Of a stretch of 64,000 nt of DNA, positions 1-16,309 are shown one piece after another. The stretch lies in the NCBI RefSeq assembly GCF_009914755.1, contig NC_060940.1. One strand, written 5' to 3'. Each line of letters opens with the position of its first letter. The stretch's first letter is position 1. The DNA is from the human T2T-CHM13v2.0 reference genome, Homo sapiens. The position numbers and the translations under genes were made by a program. The notes under the pieces were generated by a model that searched no databases, was not told the origin of the DNA, and saw nothing but the letters and a program-made list of their open reading frames with translations.

Positions 1-1733
1 TTGTGTATTTTTATGCAAATTATTATCCAAGTTGTTAATGATTTACGCTTTCAGAACCATATAAAGATATTTTTCCTTTCAGATATAAACTATCTTGCAT
101 TGTTCTTCTGATCATATGAGGGATAAATTTGCCTAAATATTCTTCAGACCATAATAGTATGTCCTTATAAATGCCAGTAGCAAGAGTAGAATCAACCACA
201 ACTGCCTTAGTAATTATTTAAAGCATGTCTGCCTATAAGTAATTGGCATTTTATATAATCAAGAATATTTGATATAATAATCTCTCAACTATTTGAAACA
301 CGGCTCACATGTATTAATTTTTTAAGCAAATATATATATAATATCAGTGTACATGAAACTAAATTTTGGACTTTAGCACAGCTTCTTAGAATCCTGACTT
401 AAATGTCTACAGTAATAGTTGGCTTAAAAAAATTTAGCACACTGTCACTATGATGAAAAAAATTACTATAAAATATTTAAAAAATTGTTCCACCCTAACA
501 TTTAGAATATTTTCACATTTGTGGTTAAAACCTATAGTGATTGTTCTTAGAATTTAGATAAAAAATGTTCCAGAAAGATTGAAGAGAAGCACTTTAGTCA
601 ATTTTTAGTTGTTGAAGCATGAAGAAAGGGCATTTCATTGACATTTTAAAAATTATTCAGATTCCCTCTTTGAATTCAAGAGTTTCAAAGATATCTTATT
701 TTAAAATACCAAAATAGGAATAGGATATGAAGGGCTGGTTATGAGTAATATGATACAATTTTATGAGATGACGAGATTACAATAACAATACCTCCTCTCA
801 TAGAATAGCCAGCAAGTCTCCACTAAATAACAGTGCCTTGATTTTGTAGATGTTTAATCATGGATATTGAGTTAATGTGAACCATTTGTAGACACAGGAG
901 TTTATTAAAGACTTATATAATATCTTTCAAGTATTTAGAATAGTGTTGAAATTAAGCCTGCATCCCCACGATTTTCAGCAGTGCTGATGCCTAATAAACT
1001 CAACCCCTTGCATGCCAAAATTGGCTTAAAGCCCATCTGTTACCCAAGCTACACTTCAAGCATCAAGGTTCAAAAATGTGATTTTGAATATGCAAGAGTT
1101 TGAGGAATTCACTACTCACACTTTCTTGAACAGTCTATCCAAGTGCATCAAGCAAAATGTGAGTAAAGAAATTTTGACCAAAGGATTGATAGTAATGTTG
1201 AATACATTTAATAGTAGATAAGATTAAAAGGTGAAAGTGAGGGTGAGAAGAGTGTATGAATGCTTTGTGTTCTGACAAAGAGAATGTAACACCCAGGTCC
1301 TACCTGCTTGGATGCATTGCCAGTGCCCACCGTAGGCCATTTTATCCAGGTTTTTAGGTTTTGTCTTGTTTTGTTTGGTTTTTTCCTTTTAAGGAGTGTT
1401 AGTCCAAGACCAATAACTCCGTAACTGGTAGATTTGGAAGACTTTAATAGTGCTTAACATTTTGTACATAGCTTTATAACAGTTTTCTTTTTCTTTTTTT
1501 TCTGAGAGATTCTTTTCAATATACCCCACATGGTTGAAATCAAAAATCATTGCTTATTTAAAATCTACAACTGCTGACGTTTTGTAACGTTCGCATTCCA
1601 GGTAATTGTTTTTTTGTGCATTTTCTGTATTTTTCTCCATCAGTCTACCTAGACATTTGTTAGATTTAATACTTTAATATTTTTCTGAAAAAGTGAGCTT
1701 TTGCATTTTTAAATATATACCCAGTTGCTTTAA

Positions 1734-2084
<351 letters not shown>

Positions 2085-3136
2085 TATCTCCTTCATTCTT
2101 TATGTTTATTTTACTGGTTTTATCTCTCTCTCTCTCACTGTTTCTCTCCTTCTCACATTAACTTTGCAGTTGTCAAATAGCCCAGGTGATGTTACAGATT
2201 TACTCCTTATAAAAGGAGGCATTACACATTACACATGCATCTTAGTGGCCTTACAAAAGTGTTTGGTTTATTTGTATTGACTATTCACCTTTAAAATATT
2301 TCAATATTCATTAAAATAGCTTCCAACCAATATTATTACACTTATGTTTCTAACTTTCATTTTTGTATTTATATCTGCCTTCATTGCTGTTTGTTTAGGA
2401 AATATATTCTGTGTCATGTTATTTCCGTGAAAATTGTTTGAATTTGTGGTATTCGTATGGTCTAGAAAATGTTAATTTTTGTAAGTATTCTGTATGAACA
2501 TGAAAATAACATGAATTATAATATTCATGTTCCTTATATAATATTTGCCCTTTTTAAAATCCACTAGCTTCTTTTAAAACTTACTCTTTTAATTTTTTCT
2601 TTTATCTATTACTGAAAGACGTGTGTTTGAAATGTCTATAATATTTGGGGGCTTATCCGTTTCTACTTACTTTCTGATATTTTTGCTTTATATAATTTGA
2701 CTCTCTCTCTACATACGTGTGTGTCTGTGTGTGTGAGAGAGAGTGTGTGGTTTGTGTGTCTATATATATGTATGTATCAGGCTAATGCACATTTAAGTCA
2801 TCACATCTTCTTAATAACTTAAAACTTTTATCACACTGGTTAGACTAACTTCTTTTAATAAATGTTTCTAACTTACATTCTATTTTGTCTACATAGCAAC
2901 TTTTTAAAAAATTATATTCATGTAGTATGTTTGTATGTATATCATATATACACAGTATCTGTATTGTTTGAACTTCAAAGTTTCTGTAAATTTATATATT
3001 AGTTGTGTCTCTTGTAACTATGATAGAGACGGATGTTTTAAATTTTGCCAATCTTTGTATTTTAACAAAAACATTGTCTACTTAGGTTTAAGTTAATCTT
3101 TGATCATTTATACTTAATTTTGTATTATTAATTTGT

Positions 3137-3168
<32 letters not shown>

Positions 3169-3292
3169 GTCTCATTTTCTCCTATCACTTTCTGTCTTCT
3201 TGTTTTAAAATTATGACTTTTATTTTTATTGTTTTCATAGACACAACAGAGAAATGCATAATGTCCAGTCAATTTATTAAAGTTCCAAAGTC

Positions 3293-3602
<310 letters not shown>

Positions 3603-6600
3603 GTTGCAAAGTCATACCTTTCTGCTCTTGTCAGACAATTAAGGGGTCTTTGAATACTTCAGCCCTAATAATTTCCTTCCTAACATATATATTGCAGTGT
3701 TTATCTAATTTTAAATATCCTTTTGTTTCAACACCTAATTTTCTATTTTGATCTATCTGTATATTTACAATATATTTTCCTCTGTGTTCATTCTTTGATT
3801 TCAGAACTTCAATCTTTCTGAAGCATGTTTTCAGAGTTTCCTTTGAGTTTCTTTAGTGGAATTCTGCTGGTGGTGTTTTGTTTTTTGTCTCTAAATATGT
3901 TATTTAGCCATAGGTTGATGAATATTTTTCTTGGTTGAGAATTTCCGAATGGCATTATTATTCTTAACAAATAATATTGTTTATTTTACCTTTCATGCTT
4001 TCAGATTTCAATATGATTAAAGGTAATTTGATTTTTCTAGTGCTAATTGAAATATTTTTCCCTTCCTGATTGTTTACTATTTCTCTAGGAGATATGTAGA
4101 TGTAGGTTTATCTCCATTGTAGCTTGCTTAGCATGCATAGAAGTTTTGAATATGTGGATTAGTGTCTTACAAAAGTCTAGAGAACTTTCAGCCAAAATAC
4201 CATCACATATTGTCCCTTCCCAGTTCCCTTCTTCTATGAGAACACTCACTAAACACATGCTACACTTTCTCACTGTATGTTCCATGTCTCTTCATGATTC
4301 TGTCCACATTGTGCCTTTATTTAAATTTTCTGTAATGCATTCTGAAATATTTATGAACTCTCACCATGGCCATGTCTAATCTGATGAGTTCATTTTTGAG
4401 TTTTTAATTTAAAATGCTATATACAAACTACTTTTCAAATTTACTACATCAATTTTTTAGTCTCCTAAATATATATTCATTTTTTTAAAATTTTTGAAAC
4501 AAATGTGCTTTATAATCTAACAGTGATATTTCTACCAATGAACCTTTGTGGATCTGTTTGTACTCTTTTTCTGCTTTCCTTTCAAATGGTGGAATATCAT
4601 TTCCTTGCGTACTTAGATGTCTTTGAATGACAAAGATTTATTTTTCTCTGAAAATTATTATTGTGCACTTTTGCATATTAGTAAGAAGAAAATTTGCCAA
4701 AGAGAATTTGAATTTTTTGTGAGTCTACTAAAGGCACCACCATTCTGGGACCACATTATATTAATTCTTGGCCTAAAGGTGTTTGGACGTATGTTTGGAC
4801 AGCACATTTAAACAATTTTTAAATTAATTGCTGTAAATCATTAATGATTTTCTTTAAATCTGTCCAATCTCAAGTCATTTTTATTTGCCATTTCCAGGGA
4901 ATGTGAAATGAGACTAATTTACCTCTGATTCTTCTTTAGACTGAGGATATAAATTTTGGTGCTAGCTTTAGGGAAGAGCTCCTGTGTGATGCCCTATCTT
5001 GGGAAACACTATGTATTTCTTTACTGTCCTATGTGATGTATGACAGTAGGAATCTGTACACATTCATTTTGCTACCTGTCCGTAGGGCAAAATCAGTTTC
5101 AGTGTTTAGGTGTATTTTGTCTGCTCCCTGCATTCCCATAGTTTTGACCTTATATTTTACTCTTTTTTTTTTGTGAACATACCAATGCTTCAATTTTTTT
5201 CCAGTAATATAATCAACTATACTATAAGAGAAAAATTTTGATAAAACACAAATTTCATGTTTTCCTACTCTAATTGGCTTTTATGTAAAAATACAGGTAA
5301 AATTTATTTGTGCTTTTTTGCTATTATTTTTTGCTATTCTCTGTTTGTCTATGTCTTCACCACATAGACACAATTAGGGAATTTTGTACACTCTTGTGCC
5401 AACTGCTTTGATAGGAACAAAATGTATTTCTCGAACTCCTAGGTATAAAACTTAAGTATCCACGATTTAAATTCTTTTTTGCTCACTTCTATTATGTTTC
5501 CAGTCTCAATAGAAATCGATGCCAATCCAGAAATACAAGCACTATTCTAATACTTCTCACACATTACTGATATAGATTAAATTTTCTAGATCTCCTTAAA
5601 TACTATCATTTTTCACTACTTGTATCTTAACTGTTAAGTTCAACATTTTCTGTAATATTAATATATTGTGAAAATTTCCTTACTTTCTTATTTGTCCCAG
5701 GTTCAATGTTTTGCAGTCTCTACCTCACCCTGTGAAGCATAAACATTGTACATGCTGTACAAATAATACATCGTTCATGTACTTAGTGATTGCACAATTT
5801 TTATTTGGTTGACAATAGCTAATGTTTTCTTCTTCATTTTCTATTTCCTGATTTTTCTTTATTTAGTATATACTACATTGTCATAAAAATAAGAACGTTT
5901 TACAAACTAAAGCAAAAGCAACCCTAGGAATAAAATGCACAAATAAAATATATAAACATACGTTTAGATGTACCACGTACCCTTGTAATTTATTTAGACT
6001 TTTAATTTTAGTACAATTTTAATTAAAGTCTGTGTTTTATCTGTCATCGTCTTAGTATTTTTTATATAACAAATTGTGTAAATCAAAAAGTCTCAATGTC
6101 ATTATAAACTATCTTGGCAGAGGTTGATCTCCAAGGAATAATTTCTCTCCTAAATTATGCCAATCCAAATTTCACTCTACCGTAATTCTTTTAATCAGTT
6201 TCAGAGGAATAATAAATTTCAAAATTGTTCAAGGTACTTCTTTTAGTTCAAGTACCTTTTGACAGGTGTAAAACTGTAGACAGACTGATACAAACATATT
6301 CTAATTGACTCAAAATTATATGGGACCTATTTTAAAATCTAGATTTTAAAATGTGTCAACATACACATGTTCTCCTTGTGAAATAATTGCTTTTTATTCT
6401 CTGGATAGAATAATTTAATCTTTAAACCTTCCATTCACTCTTAGAAACAAAATACTACATAAGGATATGCTTATAAAAATAATTCCCAACTAGCTTTTCA
6501 GTTCAGAAATATATGTGAAGAATCATCAAACATCTAATGGATTTCAAGGAGAAATGGGTTAGTAATTTATTCCATATGTCTCAATTTTTCCTAGACTCAA

Positions 6601-6844
6601 GGCTTCCTTTTAAATAATTGTAGGCGTTTAAGAAACCATGTAAACTAAAAAGAAGAAGTTGTGACGCTGCCGCTTAGGCTTTTTAAGTCTTTGGACATGA
6701 TTCAATATATTTTTTAAATTGTATCTTAATTAGACATTGTGAGTTCACCATCTTCCTGTCAATATAGCATCCAAGCTGATTATCATAGATTACAAGTTCA
6801 ACTATCAACTGTGTTCTGAGAGTCTAAAAAAATAAATGAACATA

Positions 6845-7233
6845 TTTGTTTGGGTATTCTTAAAGCAGGAGTGAGGACACAGTGAAAGTGAGACAAGGAA
6901 AAGAGAACAAAATAAAACAGGAAAGATAGAAAAGCCAATACCACACGTGTTAAGAGGTAAGTTCCTGTGTTAGATATCTGGGTTTAATTTTATGGGAAGC
7001 TATGTGGAGCATGCCTCAGAATTACATCACTGAATCCAGGGAGATTCTTCTTAGTTACCCTCACCTTTTCTTTCCACTTCATGCCCAGTAACAAGTTCCC
7101 GTGCTGCTAGAGAAAGTCCTCAGCTAGAAACGTGCAAATTCTGGAGATGAGACCTTGTAGAGTGTTAAGAATGGTTTTCTTCCCAGCAGCTACAGGTAAG
7201 GAATAGGGGCTGGGCTATTAATACATCTGCTAC
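6845..7233 (-). mobile_element. Degenerate ERVL-type solo LTR (LTR16-like)
   Basis: Minus strand begins TGTAGCAGATG and ends near ...ACCCAAAC; resemblance only. Confidence 0.3.
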
Positions 7234-9078
7234 AAACGAATAAAGCCCTTATGCTCCTTTTGGTGATCGACAATGTATTTAAAAATATTAGATGATCAAG
7301 AAGGGCTGCAGAAAGGAGGAAACAGAAACAAACAGCACACCTCTTGGTTTATTTGTATTCATTTCATCAGTTTCAAGGAAAATATGTTGGGAGTTCCTGG
7401 CATAGAGATGTCACAAAGACATGTTTTCAATAGTAGTGCTATCCCTAGGGCAGAGACGACCCAGAGAAAGCCCAAGTGGCTGCTGGAACAAAGTCAGACA
7501 TCGTGCCACCTGTCCACACTCCTTGGCTCTGCCATCATGCTGAAGATCGCTTTAAAGGACTGGCTTCCCTCCCCCCAAAATGAAAAGAGCACAAACTGAG
7601 AAACTGAATGTGGGAGACAGCAGTGGATTATGCTGTTCTCAGGGCTCACCTCATGTTTGGAAGCATTCTTTCAAATTAACCCATCTCAGGCCATCTGCAG
7701 AGAAGAAAGGTGGTACCTAACTTTTTTTCTTGTCAGCATTTGGTAGGGGTGTTTTATTGACCAAATATGTTCCCACAACCTAGTTTTTTGTGAGTAACTA
7801 AATATAGTAGAGTTTTAAATTTTATCATCAAAATCTATAGACAATTTTTGATGAAAATAGACTCCATCTCTATGTCCTGCTTTTCTTCTTCTTATTAATT
7901 ACATTGCTGTATAAAAGAACAAGACTTCAGAATCAAGAATATCTTGTCTCTTGGCATTGAATTTATACAAGGTGCTCTTTCTTTAATGTTGTCTCAAAGG
8001 ACATATTTTTACTCATTAAAAAGGAAGATCGGAATCTAGTTGTATGCGCTGCTCCAACATATTAATAATTAAAATTAGGAGGTAAATGTGGTCAAAACTA
8101 TAGAAAGACTGAGATGTCATTTATATTGATTACTGTATAGCATTCTACAAACAGAAATTGTTAAATAAGTTTATATAAATATTTTGTAGCATTTCAAATA
8201 TTTGAGTGCTTGACGTTTCTCCTCTTCTATGGTTCAGATTATCAATTTGAAGACTTACTCCGCTAGTTAATATGTTTTTAGTCTCGTTCGAGTATTATAT
8301 AAAAGCAATTTTCAGTTAAATGTGTTCTGCTTACATAAAACATTACAAATTATTGAGGATTTAATTACTTATTCATGTTCCTGTAATGTCTTTAGAAGAT
8401 TTTCTTATTATTACCTATCAATATATGTATGCTTTGTCAAAGAAAAATCAAACATATATATCATTGAAATTGAAACTTTTTAAAAGTACTTAATTCTATT
8501 GAAAAACCACATCCATAGGAACAATTACAATATAATATTGTGAACATGTAAACATATACCCTATGTCTATTTTATGTATAAGCATGTATGATTAAAAATA
8601 TAGTGAAGAATTTTTAAACCTAGTATTATAAAGTAAAAATTAGTTAACTTCTGATGATTATTTGTTAATTAAGATAAAATTATTTTGATTTGGGTGATTT
8701 TAAATAAAGAAAAATATTAAATTACATGACAAAAATTCTTTATAAAATGTTTATGATTTTTACATTGGTTTTATCACTTTTTCCACTATTTTATTTTAAG
8801 ATGACCTGCCTTGTTTAAAACACTGTATTCATCTTAATTAAATTAGATTCCATTTGTAAAATAATTAACAAATGATTTGCTCTATTTTACAGTGCGGTTA
8901 TAAACTGAGTCAGTATCTCAAGATTTGATCCCCATTATCATCATCTGTGGCTCTATTTGTTTTATAAATGTATTGTCTTTTTCCATGCCTGTCACATCTC
9001 TATTGCTTTTTCATTTTTCTCTTTGTCCCTTATAGGGAGCATTGCCTATCTCTAGATTAAGCAAAAGTTGCATCATAA

Positions 9079-9526
9079 AAAAGCACAATAACCTGCTCAA
9101 TCTTTCTCACACAGAGAAATGTTTGTTAAGTAATTAAAGTGTAGATGATGATACAAAGACCTTGATTAAATTAGATAACAAAGTACCCTTGTGATTCAGA
9201 ATATGAATGGTATTTAATTTCTTTGAAATCATTAATTGCTGAGTGACATTAATTAATGCCAATTTTCCAGAAGATGTTCTAGTTAATGAAATGTATACAA
9301 CGAAAAGCACAATAACCTGCTCAATCTTTCTCACACAGAGAAATGTTTGTTAAGTAATTAAACTGTAGATGATGATACAAAGAGCTTGATTAAATAAGCT
9401 GCCAAAGTACCCTTGTGATTCAGAATATGAATGGTATTTAATTTCTTTGAAATCATTAATTGCTGAGTGACATTAATTAATGCCAATATTCCAGAAGATG
9501 TTCTAGTGAGTGAAATGTATACAACG
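9079..9526. repeat. 224-bp direct tandem duplication (2 copies)
   Basis: 9079-9302 versus 9303-9526; about 9 mismatches counted by eye (about 96% identity). Confidence 0.95.
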
Positions 9527-10203
9527 TGCAAAAGATTCAGAACTCTGAAGGGCAACATTATTCTATAATTAAGAATTAAGAATTAATTCACATCAGTTAT
9601 TGGGGAGAAATAATTTTTAAGAATTAATGACTGAGAAAATGTTTTTATTTTTTACTTAGAAAATTATTTTGTGCATGAGCATTACCGCAAGTTTTGCAAG
9701 AAACATAAATTTAAAGAAACAATTATGTGCACAAGATGAATTTAATAACATCTTGATATATTCCATGATTGCGGTTTTATTTGGTAAATCTTTAAATGCA
9801 CACCATTTAACGATAATAAATGAATCTTGGAAATCTTGTAGGTAAGGGTAAATATTAGGATGCATCCAGTTACATTTACACACACATACATGCATACAGA
9901 CTGATTCACGTGTGTATATATATATATGAATTTACCAATTGATGTTAACTAATATTTATAAGAGCCAGTTGGATTGATATATATTGTTGAACCTGAAAAA
10001 TATTTATTATATACATGTTTAAAATACACACAGAAATAAATAGCAATTGCACTAGGTATTTGAAACTGTACTAAAATATAAGCTGTGAACATTTTGTGAT
10101 CATTACAAATTCTTACACTGAATAAATATTTTTATTTTTACAATATTAATATGTTTGATACCTGTGTACATTTTTTACAATGTGTTATTTTATTTTTGTC
10201 ATA

Positions 10204-10547
10204 GAGTCATGTCATGCATAATAACATTTTAGTCAAAGATGGATTACATATTCAAAAGTGGTCCCATGAGATTATAATATATATTTTTACATACTTTTCT
10301 ACGTTTAAGTATGTTTAGATACATAACCTCTTACCACTGTGCTCTTATTGCCTGCAGTATTCAGTAGAGTAATGTAGTACACAGATTTGTAGCCTAGGAG
10401 AAAGAGGCTATACCATATAACCTAAACGTGGTAGGCTGTACAATCTAGGTGTTTGTAATATTCTCTGTGATGTTTGCAAAATGATGAAATTGCCTATGAA
10501 TACATCTGTTAAAACGTATCCCTATCATTCAGTGATGTGTGACTGTA
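10204..10547 (-). mobile_element. Tigger3/MER7-like TcMar DNA transposon MITE
   Basis: Ends agtcatg... and ...cgtatccctatcattcagtgatgtgtgactg(ta) resemble the Tigger3 terminal inverted repeats. Confidence 0.7.
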
Positions 10548-11087
10548 CTAAAATGCTCAATGTAAGTTTCAATGCCCTCCATAAAATTGTTGTACTGTGA
10601 AATACAAATCTCTCACCCATGGCCTGAATATGTTTGCAAACTAAGCAGATCATGGGAAGGAGAATGTGCTGGCATCGCTGGGATGATTTTCTCACACTAC
10701 ATGAATAATATCTACAGACTTCGTGAATATGAGCCACTTGCATAGAGTTAAAGTAGACATCTCTTTGCTGGGAAATTTATCAAATGGGAGTATGAAGTGT
10801 TTTTACAAGATACTTGTTTGTTTGTAGCTGGTAGGCCTACAGTGGCTCATGGCAATGGTTGAGGTTGCTAAGATTTGGTGGAAGAAGGCAAAATGAGATG
10901 GCCACTTATATGGTATATGGATCACTTGTTTCTGTTGAGTTACAAACTCAGCTGGCTATTTCTCCAATGTTAGTTATTTGGAGAAAAAAAAACGTGATGG
11001 TAATTTTGGGGTAACAAATACAATATTTGATGAAAGCAAATTTATTGAGGGTTAGACAAACTACAAGATACTTTAGGCTGCAAAGTC

Positions 11088-11440
11088 AACACGAGACTTC
11101 TGGCCCAAATTGTGAAGAGTTTGCGTCCAGCTGCACAGTTCAAAGGAAGAGGCCATGTAAGAAGATTCTCACTTCTGACACCAACTGCCAGTTCAGGGGT
11201 TTCCCCTGAACACCCTCAGTTTCAAGAGTTTACTAGAAAGACTCACAGAACTCATTGAATGCCACTGTACTCATGGTTTATAATAGAGAAAGGGTAGAAA
11301 TTAGGACCAATAGAAGAGACATATCATATAAGGTGGAATCTAGGAGATTTTGAATGTTAAGTTTCCATTGTCTTCAGGACATATTACCTGTCACTGTTGT
11401 ACAGCAACAAACATGGAGTACTACCAACCTGGGGAGCTCA
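11088..11440 (-). mobile_element. MER21-like LTR fragment
   Basis: cttctgacaccaactgccagttcagggg...ctagaaagactcacagaactca resembles MER21 (antisense). Confidence 0.6.
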
Positions 11441-11449
11441 CCTGATGCT

Positions 11450-14035
11450 AACAAGACACTATTTACAAAATGAAAAGACAAATGAAAGGATGAGATAAGA
11501 TGACGTTCCACATTAAGGCACTGGAACGATTAGCAAACTAAACCTAAAGCAAGCAGAAGGAAGAAAATTAAAATTAGAGAAATTAATAATTTATAATAAT
11601 AATATTTGTTAGTGTTGAATAATTGATATTACTTCTTGACTAGCTTTTTTAAAAAAGAGAAATATTCACTTCCCAATTTATTCTGTGGGGCCAGTGTTAC
11701 CTTGATACAAAAATTAGTCCAAATAGCATAGAAAAATAAAACTACTATAAGTATAAATGCAAACTTCCTTTAAAAATACTAACAAATCAGATCTAGCAAC
11801 ATATAAAAGAATTATACACTATGACAAAGTGAAATTTATACAAGTAATCCCAGGTTGGTTTAACAGCCCAAAATCCATTAAGGTAATACACCTTATCCAT
11901 AGAATAAGAAACGAGAATTGCATGATCATGTCGATAGATTCGGAAAAGACATTTAACAGAATCCAAATGCTTTAATGACTAAAAATAAAAATAAAAACTC
12001 AATGAACCAGGAATAGAGAACTTTCTACACCTGATACATGGCACCTGTGAAAAGCCAACAGCAAGCATGCAACTTAATGGTAAAGGATGCTTTCCCGCTA
12101 TGGTCAGAGATATATACTTTGATAGGATATATACTTTGACCTCTTCTAGTCAACACTGTACTAAAGATTTTATGCAGGGCAAATCGGCAACTAAAAAAAT
12201 AAGAGTCACCCATACTGAACAGGAAGAAATAAAACTTTATTTGAAAATAACATTCTTGTATATAGAAAATTTTAAGGAATCCACCGAACGATAGAACTCG
12301 TAAATTATTTCAGCAATATTACAGCAAACAAAGTAAATGTACAAAAATCAATTGCACACATCTGCAATGAAAACCCCAAAATGAATTTAAGAAAACACTT
12401 CAATTTAAAATAGCATCAAAAAAAGAAATAATAATTAATTTGGAAAATGTGATACAAGATTTTACTCTGAAAATTAAAAATTATTGTTTAAAGAATATTT
12501 AAATAATTAGCAAACACCTTACACCCATGAATTGGACTATTTAATATTGTAGTACTTTACAATTTGAACTACAGATTTGATGAAATCCCTGCAAGTATCC
12601 CAACAGACTTCTGTCTAGAAACTGACAAGCTGATTCTAAAATACACATGGAATTGTAAGGGACTCAAAATAGCCAAAATAATCTTGAGAAAAGAAAACAT
12701 GTTAGGATAATTCACACCCCCATGCTCCAAACCTTACTGCAAAGTATCAGTAATCAAGACAACACAATACTGATGAAGGAAAAATATATAGATTGATGGA
12801 AGAGAATTGAGAGTCCATATATAAAACTATGTGTCTACAGTCAATGGATTCTTACAGTGGTACCATGTGCAATTCAATGAGGAAGAGACAGTCTTTGAAC
12901 AAACTGGGTCAACAACGTACACATGGATCACCACTTGCAAAATAATAAATTCGAACCCTTACCCCAAAGCATACAAAAATATTAACTCAAATGAATTAAA
13001 GACACACATGCAAGAGGTAGAATAAAGCATATGGGAAAGTCTTCATGATTTTGGATCTAGCAAAGAAATAGCTGTAACCCCAAAAACATGAGCAACAAAA
13101 TAAAAATTAGATATTTAAAATTTCTTAAAAATTAAAGACATTGGTGTTTCAAAGGACAAACAAGCAAGTCAAAAGGCAGCTCAAAAATTGTGAGAAGATA
13201 TTTGAAAAACACGTATCTATATGTCTGTATATATATATGTATCTTGAATATAGAAAAATTGTTTTAACTCCGTCACAAATATCCCAACTCAAAACTGATA
13301 AATGATAGGAATAGATGTGTTTCCCAAAAAGATACACGAACGGTCAATAATCCCATAAAAATATACTCAATAGCATCACTCATCAGGCAACTACAAATCA
13401 AAACCACAGTTAGATACTCTATGGGTAGAACTGGCCACCTTGGAAAATAATTTGATGGCTTCTAAATATATGAAACATAGAATTGTCATATGACCCAGAA
13501 ATTTATTCCTAGGTATACACCCAGATTATTGGAAAGAGGTGTTCAAACACAAATTGTACACAAGTATTTTTAGCAGCAGTATTTAAAATAGCCGAAGGCT
13601 GAACACAACTCAAATGTCAATAAAAATATTATTGGATAAACAAAATGTTATATCCAAGAAATTGAATGTTATACAGTTATAAAAAGAAATAAAGTACCAA
13701 TACGTACATGAACCTTGATAGCATTATGCCAACTGAAAGAAGCCAGGCACAAAAGGCCACCTATTGTATGATTCTATTTAGATGAAAACAGACTAGGAAA
13801 ATCTATAGAGACAGAAAACAGATTTGTGGTTGCTTAGAATTGAGTAGGGGATGGGTGCATAGGAGGTTAACAGCTAGGGAAGGTGGGGTTTCTTTTTGAA
13901 GTGATGAAAATGCTCTAAAATTCATTGTGATGATGGCTCCACTTATCTGTGCATATACTAAAAGCCACTGACTTGTAGACATTAATGAGTGCACTCTACA
14001 CTATGTAAATTATATCTCAATAAATCCTTTCAAAA
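11450..14035 (+). mobile_element. Ancient L1M (ORF2 remnant plus 3' end)
   Basis: Degenerate ORF2-like peptides (PGWFN...SIDSEKTFNRIQ) and an L1M-type 3'UTR ending in aataaa. Confidence 0.8.
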
Positions 14036-14361
14036 ATACACAGAAGAGTAAGGGGTTTTGGAATGCTGCAGCTGGGAGGCAGTTTGAAATACTGAATAGG
14101 CCTCATCGAGAATGTGAAGTTTCAGTAAAGACTTGAGGAAGTTGAATGAGCTGATCAATGGATATATGGAGGGCTATCTTTCCAAGCCAAGAAATTAACT
14201 AGAGTCTTGACCATAAGGCAGCAGCATGTTGGCATGTCCAGAGGACAGTGAGGTGGCCAGGACCACTGGTAAGATCAAGGGTGAAGATATAAAAGAATTT
14301 TGGCAGTTAACATGTGGCAGATGATGATGGGCTTGCAGATCATTGTAAGAAATGTTGTTTT

Positions 14362-14722
<361 letters not shown>

Positions 14723-16309
14723 TTATCAATATTTTAATAAATTGGATCCATGAACCAAATCCAATGAGATCAAATCAATTAATAATAATATGCAAATTTG
14801 TATTAAAATTAAAAGAATTACTTGCACATTTGAGAACAGGAGAGACATGATTTTTATCAGCAATAATAAACATTATTAATTTTAATTGTGATCAGCTAAT
14901 TGAGATTAATTGCAATACATCATGCTTTATAATGTGACTGCCAAAAGGAAAATATGATTGTAATCTTATACTACATCTATCAATGTCTTTTATACATAAG
15001 AGTATAGAGTAAGCCCGTAGTTTTCAAAGCCAACCTATGAAGCAGTGACATCTTATGCAAGTTTGCTGCTTTCTGCCACAGTGATCCTTGGTCAGCGGGC
15101 ACAAATTGTTTTACAAACGCCCCCTAGGTCTAAAAGTAGTTTGGATCACAATGAACACAGAAACACCTTCATCCCTTCAGAAATACCTATCAATTACTTC
15201 CAATACAGAATGAAAAATTGACAAAGGAAATATGTGGATTGTAAAAATGCCAGTTAGCTTGCAACTACATGAAAGAAAAATGCCATTTTTATTACATTAG
15301 GTCATTGTTTCACATGAGTTTTGGTATAGCAAAATGTTGAACCAAGGGAAAAGAGACATGAATTAATGAAGTCTTAAGGTATCAAGAATTTGAAAGAAAA
15401 GGCAGGTCATCTTTGAAGGTTAGTGACATAGCATTCATCTTCTGTTGTCACCTTTCCTGTCATTCCCTGTATGCCTGATGGACAGGTTTCACTCAAGTTC
15501 AGAGAACAGCATGCAAAATTAGCTACCAATTAATCTTTAGGAAGTGAGCTGCATTTCTAGCCAGACTGAGCTTACGTTTTAGCAGGAAGCATTTTTGGGA
15601 AATGTTTATGTTAGAGTTGGCCCTTCTTGACAAGGTGAGACATAAATGTCTACGTTATAGACATGAATTAAGATGGGAAGATATTTGGGGGAATCATTTA
15701 CTCAAACGCTAAATAATAAAGGTACACAAAGGGCAAATTATACTAGATTTCTTTCCCACTTGTTTTCTATGTCTCATGCAATTCACCTTGATTCCCTTCA
15801 GTTTCTGTTTAATGTAGAAAGTGGCATTTTCATTATTTTAAGCTTCTAGCACAATGAAAGAATTTCTCTTTTTCATGAACAGGATCATACATGAAAAGGA
15901 GGAAGAGTGTCCTATATCATAGTTATTGTTCAACAAAACACTGCTCCACGGCTTAAATTCAGTTTAAGAAAGAGAATTTGTTGAACATCTAACACATACA
16001 TAAAAGGCAGTAAAGACACATGAGAAGAGGGCAGGATATTGAAGTATACAGACTTCAATGCTGAGTTTTATATCTTAGGGAGTTACTCCACCTTACAGAG
16101 GCTCAATTTCCCCTGATTTAGGAAGGCGATGCTAATGGGTATTGCATAGGTGTAAGTATAAAAATGTTGTATTGAAGAGAATCCCACAAGCTTGGTATAA
16201 GGCAGAAAATAAATTGATGTGACATGAATAAGTAGTTTATTACATTTGTATGCTACCTGCGGACTAGAGGAAGCAAGAAACACAGCCACTATGCTTGATT
16301 AGCATTATA

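Noticed and set aside
15927-15987. 11-bp inverted repeat (tgttcaacaaa / tttgttgaaca)
   Set aside because: Short, AT-rich, no other support for a structured RNA or transposon end.
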